64,000 nucleotides of DNA. It comes from Edaphobacter sp. (GTDB taxonomy: Bacteria; Acidobacteriota; Terriglobia; Terriglobales; Acidobacteriaceae). Positions 19,800 to 30,178 of the stretch are shown here, in pieces (within the stretch, counting starts at the first letter, position 1; every line of letters begins with the position of its first letter). The notes beneath the pieces are model-generated. The model saw only the letters and a list, made by a program, of their open reading frames with translations. It did no database searches and had not been told where the DNA came from. Position numbers and translations under genes: made by a program. The stretch is from positions 549 through 64,548 of the forward strand of contig JBDTEQ010000069.1 of the NCBI GenBank assembly GCA_039922475.1, in the 5' to 3' direction.

Positions 19800-19929
19800 G
19801 ATAGAAGTAGCACAACAAAAGTGATCCTCAACAATCGCGACCGCCCTTAGTTCAGAGACTTACGCGCAATGATTCCAATAATTTGAACAAAAACAGGGAG
19901 TACGGCTCCCGTAAAGGATTGAACGAAAA

Positions 19930-20955
19930 ATGGCAAAGGCATACCACGACGCAGACGCAGACCTCTCCCTCATCCAGACAAAAAAAGTCGCCATCATCGG
20001 CTACGGCTCTCAGGGCCACGCTCACGCCCTCAACCTTAAAGACTCCGGCGTTGACGTTCGCGTCGGCCTCCGCCCCGACTCCCCTAACGCCGAGCGCGCC
20101 CGCAAAGCTGGCCTCGTCGTCGACACCGTCGCCAACGTCAGCAAGTGGGCCGATGTCATCATGAACCTGACGCCCGACCAGACCGCCGCCAAGGTCTACC
20201 ACGCCGAGATCGCACCCAACATGAAGCCCAACGTCACGCTCATGTTCGCGCACGGCTTCAACATCCGCTTCCGCACCATCACGCCACCGGCGACAGTAGA
20301 TGTCTCGCTCGTCGCTCCCAAAGGTCCGGGCCACCGCGTCCGCGAGGTCTTCACCGAAGGCGGCGGCATCCCCGGCCTCGTTGCCGTCGAGCAGGACGCT
20401 AGCGGCCACGCCCTCGCTCTCGCGCTCAGCTATGCGAAGGGAATCGGCTGCACCCGCGCCGGTGTTCTCCAGACCACCTTCACCGAAGAGACCGAGACTG
20501 ACCTCTTCGGCGAGCAAGCAGTCCTCTGCGGCGGCACCAGCGCGCTCGTCAAAGCAGGATTCGAAACTCTCGTCGAAGCCGGCTACCAGCCCGAGCTCGC
20601 CTACTTCGAGGTTCTCCACGAGCTGAAACTCATCGTCGACCTGATGTATCGCGGTGGCCTCGAATACATGCGCCACTCCATCTCTGACACCGCCGAGTGG
20701 GGCGACTACGTAGCCGGACCACGCATCGTCACTGCCGAAGTAAAGAAAGCGATGAAGTCCCTGCTCAATGACATCCAGGACGGCAGTTTCGCAAAAAGAT
20801 TCATCGCCGAAAACGAGACCGGCGGCCACGAATTCGCCCGCATCCGCAAGGCCGAAGCCGCGCTGCAAATCGAAAAAGTAGGCGCTGAACTCCGCAAGTC
20901 CATGCCCTTCCTCGACCCGGTCGTCGTCAAGGACGGCCAGGTTCAAAAGGCCTGA
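19930..20955 (+). CDS. ilvC: ketol-acid reductoisomerase
   Basis: 341 aa. Motifs [18 protein letters not shown] and class-I KARI length. Confidence 0.95.
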   Translation: MAKAYHDADADLSLIQTKKVAIIGYGSQGHAHALNLKDSGVDVRVGLRPDSPNAERARKAGLVVDTVANVSKWADVIMNLTPDQTAAKVYHAEIAPNMKPNVTLMFAHGFNIRFRTITPPATVDVSLVAPKGPGHRVREVFTEGGGIPGLVAVEQDASGHALALALSYAKGIGCTRAGVLQTTFTEETETDLFGEQAVLCGGTSALVKAGFETLVEAGYQPELAYFEVLHELKLIVDLMYRGGLEYMRHSISDTAEWGDYVAGPRIVTAEVKKAMKSLLNDIQDGSFAKRFIAENETGGHEFARIRKAEAALQIEKVGAELRKSMPFLDPVVVKDGQVQKA

Positions 20956-21155
20956 CTCAAATTAAATTCAGATCGATAGATGCAAATTTTACAAATCGAA
21001 GTCAAACAGGCGGCATCTAACCAGGTGTCGCCTCTTCAATTCCGTCACTGTATTCCTGCTGCCAAAAGACTGCGAATTGGAACCCCTGTAACAATGAAGA
21101 CGTAGAAGGATAGAGACGATTCGACGCACAAGCAGCAAGTAGAAGGAGCTTCGAG

Positions 21156-22667
21156 ATGGCCACTGCAAACAGCTACCAAGGCCTGCTTCCCGCCCAGGAA
21201 CTTAATCAGACCGACCAGCCGGTTATGGCGGGTGCCCCCGCGCAGCCTACTCCGCTGCCGGAGATCATCGCCGCTCTGCGCACCGTCACACAGCTCGACG
21301 GTCTGACCGAAGAGGAGTACACCTGGCTCGCCACTCACGGCAACGAGCGTGTCGGCCCCGACCGCGCCCTTCTCTTCCTCGACAACGACCCTGCCCGCAA
21401 CATGAACTTTATCCTCCGCGGTGAAGTGCAGGTGCGGCGTCGCCAGTCGGGAAATATCGCCTTGTTCATCGGACGCGCAGGCTCCATGACCGGCAAGCTT
21501 CCGTTCTCGCGCATGAAGAACTACGGCGGCGAAGGCTTCGCAGTCGGCCCGGTCTGGTCGCTCGACATCCCCGACACGCTCTTCGCCGACATGCTCGCCG
21601 CCATCCCTTCCATGGGACAGCGTTGCGTCTCGGTCCTGCTCGACCGCGTCCGCGAAGTCACCCGCATCGAGCAGCAGTCGGAAAAGCTCAATGCCCTCGG
21701 TAAACTCGCCGCCAACCTCTCGCACGAGCTCAACAATCCCGCCTCCGCCGCCCAGCGCTCTGCTGCCAGCCTCTTCGGCGAACTGCGCGCGTACGGCGAC
21801 CAGAAGTACCGCCTTGGAAACCTCTGCCTCACCGAAAAAGAAAGTAACGACTACCGCGACTGGGTCGAGATTGCCCGTACCCGTATGTCCGCCTTCTCCT
21901 CTGCGCATTCGCAGGGGCCGCAAAGCCCTCTCGCCGTCACAGACCGCGAAGACGTTCTCGTCCGCTGGCTTGAAGCTCACAACGTCCCTCAACCCTGGAC
22001 GATCGCTCCAGCGCTCTCCGAAACCAACCTCCCCATCGACCTCCTCGATGAACTCGCCACCATCACCCGCCCGGAGGTGCTGCCCGTCGCCGTTGCCACC
22101 GTCGCCAGTTCCCTGCGCGTCGAGCGGATGGCAGAAACCGTCGTCGACTCCACCGTCCGCATCTTCGACCTCATCAGCGCGATCAAGGACTACTCCTACA
22201 TGGACCAGGCGCCCATTCAGGATGTCGATCTCGCACAGTCGCTGGAAAACACGCTCGTCATGTTCAACTCGCGGCTGAAGGAGGTCACGGTCGAACTCAA
22301 CTTCGATCCCGAACTTCCTCCCGTCAGCGCCTACGGCAGCGAGCTCAACCAGGTCTGGACCGCACTCATCGAGAACGCGCTTGAAAGCATGAACTACATG
22401 GGAACACTCAAGCTCATCGCCCACCTCAACGGCTCCATGGCGCTCGTCGAGGTCTGGGACGACGGCCCCGGCATCGACCCCACCATCCGCTCCCGCATCT
22501 TCGAGCCGTTCTTCACCACCAAGGCCCCAGGTCGCGGCCTCGGTCTCGGCCTCGACTCGGTCCAGCGCATCGTGAGCAAGCACTCCGGCTTCGTCACCGT
22601 CGAATCGAAGCCCGGCGCCACCTGCTTCCAGGTGCGTCTCCCACTCGACCGCGCACAGGCCTACTAG
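21156..22667 (+). CDS. orphan sensor histidine kinase with an N-terminal cNMP-binding-like domain (tentative)
   Basis: 503 aa. H-box LSHELNNPASA, N-box ALIENALES, G-boxes DDGPGI and GRGLGLGL. No adjacent response regulator. Confidence 0.85.
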   Translation: MATANSYQGLLPAQELNQTDQPVMAGAPAQPTPLPEIIAALRTVTQLDGLTEEEYTWLATHGNERVGPDRALLFLDNDPARNMNFILRGEVQVRRRQSGNIALFIGRAGSMTGKLPFSRMKNYGGEGFAVGPVWSLDIPDTLFADMLAAIPSMGQRCVSVLLDRVREVTRIEQQSEKLNALGKLAANLSHELNNPASAAQRSAASLFGELRAYGDQKYRLGNLCLTEKESNDYRDWVEIARTRMSAFSSAHSQGPQSPLAVTDREDVLVRWLEAHNVPQPWTIAPALSETNLPIDLLDELATITRPEVLPVAVATVASSLRVERMAETVVDSTVRIFDLISAIKDYSYMDQAPIQDVDLAQSLENTLVMFNSRLKEVTVELNFDPELPPVSAYGSELNQVWTALIENALESMNYMGTLKLIAHLNGSMALVEVWDDGPGIDPTIRSRIFEPFFTTKAPGRGLGLGLDSVQRIVSKHSGFVTVESKPGATCFQVRLPLDRAQAY

Positions 22668-22676
22668 AAAGCAAAT

Positions 22677-22705
22677 GGCGGGACAGGCCTCAAGCCGATC
22701 CCGCC
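22677..22705. terminator. hairpin between convergent kinase and DUF427 genes
   Basis: GGCGGGA-N15-TCCCGCC, a 7-bp stem with no strong U-run. Confidence 0.35.
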
Positions 22706-22732
22706 ACAATTCCTATCTTCAATCGACGTCAG

Positions 22733-23017
22733 TTACTTGATGATTTCGACGCCCCGCCAGAACGCCACGTGATGTTTCACATTCCGTGCTGCGGGCTTAG
22801 GATCGGGGTAGTACCACGCCGCATCCGGGTTTTCCTGCCCATCCACAATGATCGTGTAGTATCGCGCCTGACCCTTCCAGGGGCAACTGGAAGTCGTCGA
22901 ACTCGTCTTGAGAAACTCCCGCTTTACCGACTCTTCAGGGAAATAAAGATTCCCCTCAATTACTTCCGTCTTTTCGCTCTCGGCCAATGTCTGACCATTC
23001 CAAACTGCCTTTGCCAT
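22733..23017 (-). CDS. DUF427-domain protein
   Basis: 94 aa. MAKAVWNGQTLAESEKTEVIEGNLYFP...CPWKGQARYY matches the DUF427 pattern as I recall it. Confidence 0.7.
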   Translation of the reverse strand: MAKAVWNGQTLAESEKTEVIEGNLYFPEESVKREFLKTSSTTSSCPWKGQARYYTIIVDGQENPDAAWYYPDPKPAARNVKHHVAFWRGVEIIK

Positions 23018-23196
23018 AATCCACTACCTGCATTCTTTTCAACAATTTACGAGTCGCACACCGCACCGGCGGGCTTTAGTCGTTCCATCCTGGCCCCTTA
23101 GCCTACTATACATTTGTAACAGAAACAGGGCATCAATGGAAGGCCCCTCGTTCCAGTCGAACGCCCAGCGATCTCCAGCTCCGCAGCCTGTTCTCG

Positions 23197-23625
23197 CTAA
23201 GAACTCGACGCAGCCGCTGGCCCGAACCTCTTCGCGAAATCCTCATAGCGCGCCCGCGCCGAAGGATACCGTTCAATCAGCGTCGCCGTCTGCTTCATAA
23301 ACCTGTTTCCACTCTCCTTCTCGGTCTCAGCGTGAAAGTGGTGGAACTTGGCGTAGAGCAGAATCCCCTCCACATTCGATTCCAGAAACAGCTCAGGATC
23401 CAACGCCTCATGGAGTACCAGCGACGCTGCCATCTCCCAGAAGCTCAGCGCCTGTCGCCAGAACACATTCTTATCCGACTTCGGATCTCTGGAAACCGCT
23501 CGCAGCTCCTCTACGGTCTTCGGATTGAAATCGAAGATCATAAACCGCCTTGCATTGCGCAGTGTCTCTTCCCGACGAAGTTCATACAGCTTCAACACCA
23601 GTTCCGCATCTGTCGCAGTTGCCAT
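23197..23625 (-). CDS. hypothetical cytoplasmic protein downstream of topA
   Basis: 142-aa ORF, 19 nt after the topA stop on the same strand. Helical composition. No family recognised. Confidence 0.55.
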   Translation of the reverse strand: MATATDAELVLKLYELRREETLRNARRFMIFDFNPKTVEELRAVSRDPKSDKNVFWRQALSFWEMAASLVLHEALDPELFLESNVEGILLYAKFHHFHAETEKESGNRFMKQTATLIERYPSARARYEDFAKRFGPAAASSS

Positions 23626-23644
23626 TCGTACTCGCTTTCTTGGT

Positions 23645-26536
23645 TTAAGCTACGCTCTCAACAACTGCCCGGGTCTTCTCCGGGTCAGGCCGCTCCATCA
23701 CCGGCACTGGGGCCGGCCCTGCAGTCTTCTTCTCATACGTGCAAGCCGGAGTCTTCGGTTCTTCCTCCGGCGCACCCTTCTTCTTCCGCCTCTTCGGCAG
23801 CGACTCGCGATTGTTCGGGCACACCAGGTACGTCCCCTTGTCGTTCTTCACTTCAAGCAGGTACGCGCTGTCGCACTTCGGACAGGTCTGATCAATCAGC
23901 TTCAGGTTCGAAGCAAAGTCGCACTTCGGATAGTTCACGCAGCCATAGAACACATCGCCGCGCTTGGTCTTGCGAACGGCAATATCGCCGCTGTCCTTCG
24001 GGCACTTAACATCCAGCAACTCCTGCTTGATGTACTTGCACTTCGGATACCCGCTACAACTGATGAACTCGCCATACTGCCCATTGCGCAGCAGCAACGG
24101 CTTGCCGCACTTCGGACAATTCTCTTCCAACTGCACCGGAGGCTTCTGCTGCACCTTCTGGTTCAGCTTCCGAATCGTCTTGCACGGCGGATCTTCGTTG
24201 TACCCTGGGCAAGCCATAAACGGCCCCCACGGCCCATTCCGCAGCACCATCACGCGTCCGCAGTTATCGCAGAACTCCTCTTCCGCAACCTCGTCCGCTC
24301 CCGGCGCGCTCAGGTCAGGCTTCGCGGCAAAGTTCTCCTTGGTAAAGTCGCAACTGAACGCTTCGGCAGTCACCTTCCTGCCGAGCGCCATCGCCTCATC
24401 GATCGCCGCCGTCAACTCCTTCGCGTCGTCGGTCTCCTTGGAGTACTCAACCACATCCTCCGCCGTAGCCTTCACGGTAATCGGATAGTGCAGTGCCTTC
24501 GTAATCTTCTTCAGCACCGTCTTCGAGTCCTTCTTCCACGGACCGGCAGCCACGGTCATCGGCTTCAACTTCGAGAAATTGCTGCACGCGTAGAAGCTGC
24601 CGAATTTGCCCCACTTCAAGATCAGCGGCGCTCCGCAGTTATCGCAGACCTCGTTCGTCTTCTGCTCCATCCGCTTCACGTCTTCCATATTCTTTCCGGC
24701 GACGCTCAGCTCCTTCTCGAAATAGTCGTAGAACCCCTTCAGCAAATCGGTCCATCGCTCCTTGCCATCCTCCACCGCATCCAGCTCGCCTTCGAGCTTA
24801 GCCGTGTAGGCCGTGTCGAAGATGTAAGGGAAGTTCTTCACCAGCAACCCTGTCACGACCGTGCCAATCTCCGTCGGCACAAACTTCGCCTGGATCTTCT
24901 TCACATAGTCGCGGTCCTGAATCGTATTAATGATGGACGCATACGTCGAAGGCCTTCCAATCCCCTTCTCTTCCAGCGTCTTCACCAGGCTGGCTTCGTT
25001 GTACCGTGGCGGCGGCTGCGTAAACTTCTGCTGCTGATCCAGCTTCTCCAGACGCAGCGCCTCACCATCGCTCAACTCCGGCAACCTGCGCTCAGCTTCC
25101 TCGTCGCCATCCGCCTGAGCATCCTGGCCAACAGGCTTAGCAACCTCAGCCTCTTCCTTCGCTACCTTATCCTTCGCTGCCTGCCGCGCGCGCTTGTCTT
25201 CTTCATCGAACTTCAGGTGCCCATCGAACTTCAACACACTGCCCGTCACGCGGAAGTCGTAAGCCTGCCTCGCCTGCGCAACAATATCCACTGTCGTCTG
25301 GTCGAAGATCGCCGAAGTCATCTGGCTCGACACAAACCTCTGCCAGATCAGCTTGTACAGCCGAAACTGCTCGTCCGAAAGATACTTGTGAATTGAATTC
25401 GGCGTGTACGCTACACTCGTCGGCCGAATCGCCTCATGCGCGTCCTGTGCCTGCGCCTGTTTCTTTCCGGCATATTCGTTCGCACTCGCGGGCAGATACT
25501 GCGCGCCCAGCTTCCCGATAAATTCGCGAGCCTCCGCAATCGCATCTGCACTCACACGCGTCGAATCGGTTCGCATATACGTAATCAGGCCAACCGTACC
25601 CTCCGACCCGATCTCCACGCCCTCATACAACCGCTGCGCCACACCCATCGTGCGCCGCACATTGAAGCCAAGCCGTCCCGAAGCATCCTGCTGCAGCTTG
25701 CTCGTCGTATACGGAGCGCGTGGATTGCTTCGTCGTTCCTTCTTCTCAACCGAACGCACCCTCCACTTCGCATCCTTCAGATCACCAAGCGCCTCATCGA
25801 CTGCCTCTTTATCCGGCAGCGCGTTCGAAAGAAAAAGCTCCTTGCCTTCTTCGTCCTTTCCGTTCGCAACCCGCGACGGCACGCCATTCACCCCGACAAA
25901 CCGCGCCACAAAGCTCTGCTTGCCCTTCGGCTCCAGCTCAGCGTCGATCGTCCAGTACTCTACCGGCTGGAACGCATTAATCTCCTGCTCGCGCTCAACA
26001 ATCAATCGCAGCGCAACCGTCTGTACACGTCCTGCAGACAAACCACGCCGAACCTTGTCCCACAGCAGAGGAGAAACCTGGTACCCCACCAGCCGATCCA
26101 GAACCCGCCGCGTCTGTTGCGCGTCCACCAGATTCTCGTCAATATCGCGCGCATGCTGAAACGCCGCCTGCACCGCCTTCTTCGTAATCTCGTTGAACGT
26201 AACTCGCCGTACCTTCGATTTGTTCTTCACCATCGGCAGCAGCTGAATCGAAAGATGCGCGGCAATTGCCTCACCCTCGCGATCCGGGTCAGGCGCCAGA
26301 TAAACCATATCCGCCTTGGCCGCCAGCTTCTTCAGCCGTTCAACAACTTTTTCCTTCCCTGGAGACACGATCAGCGTTGGCTCAAACGTCCGGTTCTTCA
26401 GCTCCACGCCGATGTCGTTCTTCGGCAGGTCCATGATGTGCCCAATCGAGGCTTCCACCACGTATTCGCTGCCGAGATATTTCCCGATCGTCTTCGCCTT
26501 TGCCGGCGACTCCACGATCACAAGTGACTTTCCCAT
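23645..26536 (-). CDS. topA: DNA topoisomerase I with multiple C-terminal zinc ribbons
   Basis: 963 aa. Toprim KSLVIVESPAKAKTIGKYLG and five CxxC...C(P/S)xY(P)xC ribbon repeats. Confidence 0.95.
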   Translation of the reverse strand: MGKSLVIVESPAKAKTIGKYLGSEYVVEASIGHIMDLPKNDIGVELKNRTFEPTLIVSPGKEKVVERLKKLAAKADMVYLAPDPDREGEAIAAHLSIQLLPMVKNKSKVRRVTFNEITKKAVQAAFQHARDIDENLVDAQQTRRVLDRLVGYQVSPLLWDKVRRGLSAGRVQTVALRLIVEREQEINAFQPVEYWTIDAELEPKGKQSFVARFVGVNGVPSRVANGKDEEGKELFLSNALPDKEAVDEALGDLKDAKWRVRSVEKKERRSNPRAPYTTSKLQQDASGRLGFNVRRTMGVAQRLYEGVEIGSEGTVGLITYMRTDSTRVSADAIAEAREFIGKLGAQYLPASANEYAGKKQAQAQDAHEAIRPTSVAYTPNSIHKYLSDEQFRLYKLIWQRFVSSQMTSAIFDQTTVDIVAQARQAYDFRVTGSVLKFDGHLKFDEEDKRARQAAKDKVAKEEAEVAKPVGQDAQADGDEEAERRLPELSDGEALRLEKLDQQQKFTQPPPRYNEASLVKTLEEKGIGRPSTYASIINTIQDRDYVKKIQAKFVPTEIGTVVTGLLVKNFPYIFDTAYTAKLEGELDAVEDGKERWTDLLKGFYDYFEKELSVAGKNMEDVKRMEQKTNEVCDNCGAPLILKWGKFGSFYACSNFSKLKPMTVAAGPWKKDSKTVLKKITKALHYPITVKATAEDVVEYSKETDDAKELTAAIDEAMALGRKVTAEAFSCDFTKENFAAKPDLSAPGADEVAEEEFCDNCGRVMVLRNGPWGPFMACPGYNEDPPCKTIRKLNQKVQQKPPVQLEENCPKCGKPLLLRNGQYGEFISCSGYPKCKYIKQELLDVKCPKDSGDIAVRKTKRGDVFYGCVNYPKCDFASNLKLIDQTCPKCDSAYLLEVKNDKGTYLVCPNNRESLPKRRKKKGAPEEEPKTPACTYEKKTAGPAPVPVMERPDPEKTRAVVESVA

Positions 26537-26809
26537 TCGTTCCCTTCATTTACCGAAGCGTCCTGCCGCAGCAAAACGTCCCGTGTCTTCCCTGTTCCAT
26601 TGCGAACCTAACACGGTTTCTACAAACGCGTCATCTTTTGGTGCAGTTCCTCAACAGACGGAAACCACTCCAGAAGGTCATAATCGCAGAGCATCTTTCC
26701 ATCAAAAAGTTGCAAGACAAACCAACTGCCAAACCGAACGACAGACAACACTTACATTTATTTTCAGAATCTTTCCACCCTCACCGGGAACCCACCGTAT
26801 CGATACGCC

Positions 26810-28003
26810 TCAAAATGCCCGTACATAATTTTTTCCAGGAAGCTGTCGAACGCGCCCTGCAAGCTCCAGTTCGAACAGAGCTGTGAATATCTCCGCCGAC
26901 CCCAGTTTCGGCTCCAACTGTTCGATCAACTCATCCAATTGCGTCGTTTCATCATGCCGCAGCCGGTCAAAGACAATCCGCTCATGCGTCGGCAGCGGCG
27001 CATCATTAAATAGAGATGCAGCCCCCGCGGCTTTCGATTCACCCTGCCCGCCCGCAGCCGCCAACTCATCCTCCAGCCCCAGCCGAATCTGCGACGGCAG
27101 ATCCTCCCAGACGTCCTCCCACGTAGCGGTCAGCTTAGCCCCCTGCTTTATCAACGTGTTAGGCCCCCAGGCGTTCTTGTTCGTCACGTTCCCCGGAACC
27201 GCGAAGACGTCCCGATTCTGCTCCATCGCGCACCGCGCCGTAATCCGTGTCCCGCTATACTCCGCTGCCTCGATCACCAGCACCCCAACGCTCATCCCGC
27301 TCAGGATGCGATTGCGAATTGGAAAGTTCTGCGGCGCAGGAAACGTCCCCAGCGGATACTCACTCACAATCGTCCCACCCGTCGCCACAATCTGCTCCGC
27401 CAGCTTCTTGTTCTCCTTCGGGTAGATCACATCGATCCCCGTCCCCCAGACCGCCACTGTCTTTCCTCCGGCCTCAATCGCTCCCTTGTGCGCCGCCGTA
27501 TCCACGCCCCGAGCCATCCCGCTCAAAATCACCATCCGCCGGTTCGCCAGATCGCGCGACAGCAGTTCGGCCATCCCCGTCCCATACGGTGAAGGCTGCC
27601 GCGTCCCCACCACAGCAATCCCAGGCCGTGCCAGCAACCCCACATCACCGCGAATCCAAAGCACCGCCGGCGGATCGTAGATCTCGCGTAGCCGCTCCGG
27701 GTAAGCAGCATCCTCCGGTGTCAGAATCGTTCCACCAGCCTCAGCCGTGCGCTTCATCTGGTCTTCCGCCGCTACTCGCGCCTTGCCTTCAAAGACAAAC
27801 TGCGCCGCCGCCGCCGGCATCCCCAGCCCCTCCAGCTCCGTCAGCGAAGCCTCGAACAGCCGCTCCGCCGCCGCCAGCCGCCCCATCGCTCTCCAAATTC
27901 GCGTCGGCCCCATGCCCGACGTCAACGTCAACGCCATCCATGCCATCTTCGCCGCATCCACCTGCTTCAGCGCAAACTGCTCTGCGTCGCTGCTAGTCTT
28001 CAT
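26810..28003 (-). CDS. dprA: DNA-processing protein DprA
   Basis: 397 aa. Motif GMARGVDTAAHKGA. Conserved dprA-topA adjacency. Confidence 0.9.
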   Translation of the reverse strand: MKTSSDAEQFALKQVDAAKMAWMALTLTSGMGPTRIWRAMGRLAAAERLFEASLTELEGLGMPAAAAQFVFEGKARVAAEDQMKRTAEAGGTILTPEDAAYPERLREIYDPPAVLWIRGDVGLLARPGIAVVGTRQPSPYGTGMAELLSRDLANRRMVILSGMARGVDTAAHKGAIEAGGKTVAVWGTGIDVIYPKENKKLAEQIVATGGTIVSEYPLGTFPAPQNFPIRNRILSGMSVGVLVIEAAEYSGTRITARCAMEQNRDVFAVPGNVTNKNAWGPNTLIKQGAKLTATWEDVWEDLPSQIRLGLEDELAAAGGQGESKAAGAASLFNDAPLPTHERIVFDRLRHDETTQLDELIEQLEPKLGSAEIFTALFELELAGRVRQLPGKNYVRAF

Positions 28004-28138
28004 GGCCCTCTTGCTCCAACCTCTCTGCTGAAAAACTACATCCGCTGGAGACTATCACGGCATCCCACAATCATTCGTTCGAACCACAACTCTCCGCACC
28101 TGCAAGAGCACTGCATCGACAGAATCCAACCGCCAACG

Positions 28139-28354
28139 CTACTTCATCTCTTCATCGCACTTCTTGCACTCCATCATTCGCCCAATCCGCGCCGCCCGTC
28201 CCTCTTCCGTGATCACCCACTCCCGCACCATCCACGGAGGATCGTGCCGCACATGCTGTCCATGCCCGCACTCCAGCCGCGCCGCCCAGTGCCCTTCTTC
28301 GTCCTGATAGAAACCAACTACAGCCCGCTGCATCCCACACTCTCCTTCTCCCAT
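28139..28354 (-). CDS. DUF3565-like small protein
   Basis: 71 aa. GFYQDEEGHWAARLECGHGQHVRHDPPW...CKKCD. The start may be the internal M at 28333. Confidence 0.6.
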   Translation of the reverse strand: MGEGECGMQRAVVGFYQDEEGHWAARLECGHGQHVRHDPPWMVREWVITEEGRAARIGRMMECKKCDEEMK

Positions 28355-28397
28355 CCAATAAACTAATTCCTAAGCTAATTCTTAAGCTAATCCTTCG

Positions 28398-29276
28398 ATG
28401 ACCCAATCGCCACCCAACCTGCTCCGCGTCGCCGCCATCAACTTCCTCAACCCCGCTCCTCTCATGTGGGACTTCGAGCATCCGCCTCTCGCCGCCGAAC
28501 TGGCCCAGCGCTACAGCCTCCACTACACTCAGCCCTCCCTCTGTGCCGACGAGCTACTCGCCGCCCGCGCCGACCTTGGCCTCATCCCCATCGCCTCCCT
28601 CACGCACGAACTCGCCATCGTTCCCGGCTGCACCATCGCCTCGCTCGATGAAGTCCGCTCCATCCAGCTCATCGTAAAATCTGGGAACGCGAAATCCCCC
28701 CGCACTCTCTCCACCATAAAAACCATCGCAGCCGACACCGCCTCACGCAGCTCTCTCGCCTACGCTGAAATCCTCTTCCGCAAATTCCTCGGCACCCATC
28801 CCACCTTCATTCCCGCCGCAGCCGACCCCATCGCGATGCTCCAACAAGCGGACGCCGCCATCCTCATCGGCGACCCCGCTCTGCTAGCCCTCGAATCCCG
28901 CAACGCAATCGAAGAAAAAATTGGCCCCTGCCAATGGTTCGATCTCGCCCACGAGTGGCACGCGCGCACCCACCTCCCCTGGGTCGCCGCCGTCTGGGCC
29001 GTCCGACCTGAGGCTCTCCGCGCATCCGGCCTAAACGCAACTCAACTCACCCAGGACCTCGAAGCCTCCCGCAACCACGGCCTTCTGCACATTCAAGATC
29101 TCGTAGAACAGTGGACGCCCCGCATCGCAGTCCCTCCCGCCATCATCCGCCGCTACCTCACCCGCAACATTCACTACACCCTCGATCTTGACTGCATCCA
29201 CACCATCGAGCTCTTCCGCCAGTACGCCGCCGAAGCCGACATCCTCCCCCCGCTCCCTCGCCTCCGCTTCCTGTAA
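28398..29276 (+). CDS. mqnA: chorismate dehydratase (futalosine pathway)
   Basis: 292 aa. LRVAAINFLNPAPL N-terminus and PWVAAVWAVR, typical of MqnA. Confidence 0.75.
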   Translation: MTQSPPNLLRVAAINFLNPAPLMWDFEHPPLAAELAQRYSLHYTQPSLCADELLAARADLGLIPIASLTHELAIVPGCTIASLDEVRSIQLIVKSGNAKSPRTLSTIKTIAADTASRSSLAYAEILFRKFLGTHPTFIPAAADPIAMLQQADAAILIGDPALLALESRNAIEEKIGPCQWFDLAHEWHARTHLPWVAAVWAVRPEALRASGLNATQLTQDLEASRNHGLLHIQDLVEQWTPRIAVPPAIIRRYLTRNIHYTLDLDCIHTIELFRQYAAEADILPPLPRLRFL

Positions 29277-29332
29277 TCGATCAATCTGCACATTCCGCGA
29301 CTCGGCAGCACCCAACCACGTCATAATCAGGT

Positions 29333-30061
29333 ATGAAGTTCCTCGCGGCTGCCCACACCACGGTAAAGCTCCTCGCTGCCGCCGCACCTCAGGCCGCCCG
29401 CGCGCATCGGCGCACCCACAGCTCTCTCATGCATCTCTTCTTCAGCTTCGGCATCTTCGGCGTCTTCCTGGTCTCCATCGTCGACAGCTCCTTCGTCCCT
29501 CTTCCTCTTCCCGGCATCACCGACATCATGATCATCATCATGTCGGCCCAGCATCAAAACGTCATCCTCCTCGTTCTTCTCGCAACTGCAGGCTCAGCGC
29601 TCGGCGGATACTTCAGCTATCAGGTCGGCCATCGCGGCGGTATGACCTTCCTTGAAAAACACGTTCCCGCCCGCATCTTCAAGCGCGTCTGTGCATGGAT
29701 GGAGGGCCACGCCATTCTCTCCGTCGCGCTTCCGGCAATCCTTCCGCCACCGATGCCGCTCAGCCCCTTCGTCCTCGCCGCCGGCGCGCTCAACATGTCG
29801 CGAAAGAAATTCATGATCACCTTCACCGTCAGCCGAGCGATTCGCCACATCGTCGCCGCGTGGCTTGGCATCCACTACGGCCGCCACATCCTCCGCCTCT
29901 GGGACGGCCTCTCCGACAAATACGCTACACCCGTTCTCATCGTCATCTGGGTAGGCATCGGCATCAGTTGTGCCATCGCCTTCTGGAAGCTCTACAAGAC
30001 CTCCCGCACTGTCGGCATCCGCTCTAAAAATCTGGCAGGCCGTCCCAACCAGACAGCCTGA
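29333..30061 (+). CDS. YqaA/DedA-type (VTT domain) membrane protein
   Basis: 242 aa with multiple TM helices. FGVFLVSIVDSSFVPLPLPG. Alternative start at 29429. Confidence 0.7.
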   Translation: MKFLAAAHTTVKLLAAAAPQAARAHRRTHSSLMHLFFSFGIFGVFLVSIVDSSFVPLPLPGITDIMIIIMSAQHQNVILLVLLATAGSALGGYFSYQVGHRGGMTFLEKHVPARIFKRVCAWMEGHAILSVALPAILPPPMPLSPFVLAAGALNMSRKKFMITFTVSRAIRHIVAAWLGIHYGRHILRLWDGLSDKYATPVLIVIWVGIGISCAIAFWKLYKTSRTVGIRSKNLAGRPNQTA

Positions 30062-30107
30062 CCTACGCCACCGCCTTTACTTCTCGAGCAATCGACCATG
30101 CGCCGCG

Positions 30108-30139
30108 CAAAAAAGAAGAGGCGGGAGAATATCCCCGCC
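30108..30139 (-). terminator. intrinsic terminator after fabH
   Basis: Minus strand reads GGCGGGgatattctCCCGCC followed by TCTTCTTTTTT. Confidence 0.6.
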
Positions 30140-30144
30140 GCCTT

Positions 30145-30178
30145 CTACTCCCTACACCTTATTCCCTATTCCCTGCCT
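30145..30178 (+). repeat. family-F heptamer array (CTAYWCC x5) abutting the fabH stop codon
   Basis: ctactcc ctacacc ttattcc ctattcc ctgcctt. A near-identical array lies at 49329..49363. Confidence 0.75.

Noticed and set aside
21045-22709. Very long antisense ORFs opposite real genes (for example 21045..22709, 8485..9534, 9713..10882, 14180..15043, 19852..20946, 36882..38051, 23525..25396, 44281..45537, 46183..47214, 13074..13952)
   Set aside because: These are typical shadow ORFs of GC-rich DNA. Their composition is Gly/Asp/Ala/Val-rich or Arg/Pro/His-rich, they have no motifs, and each fully overlaps a gene with clear family signatures on the other strand or frame.
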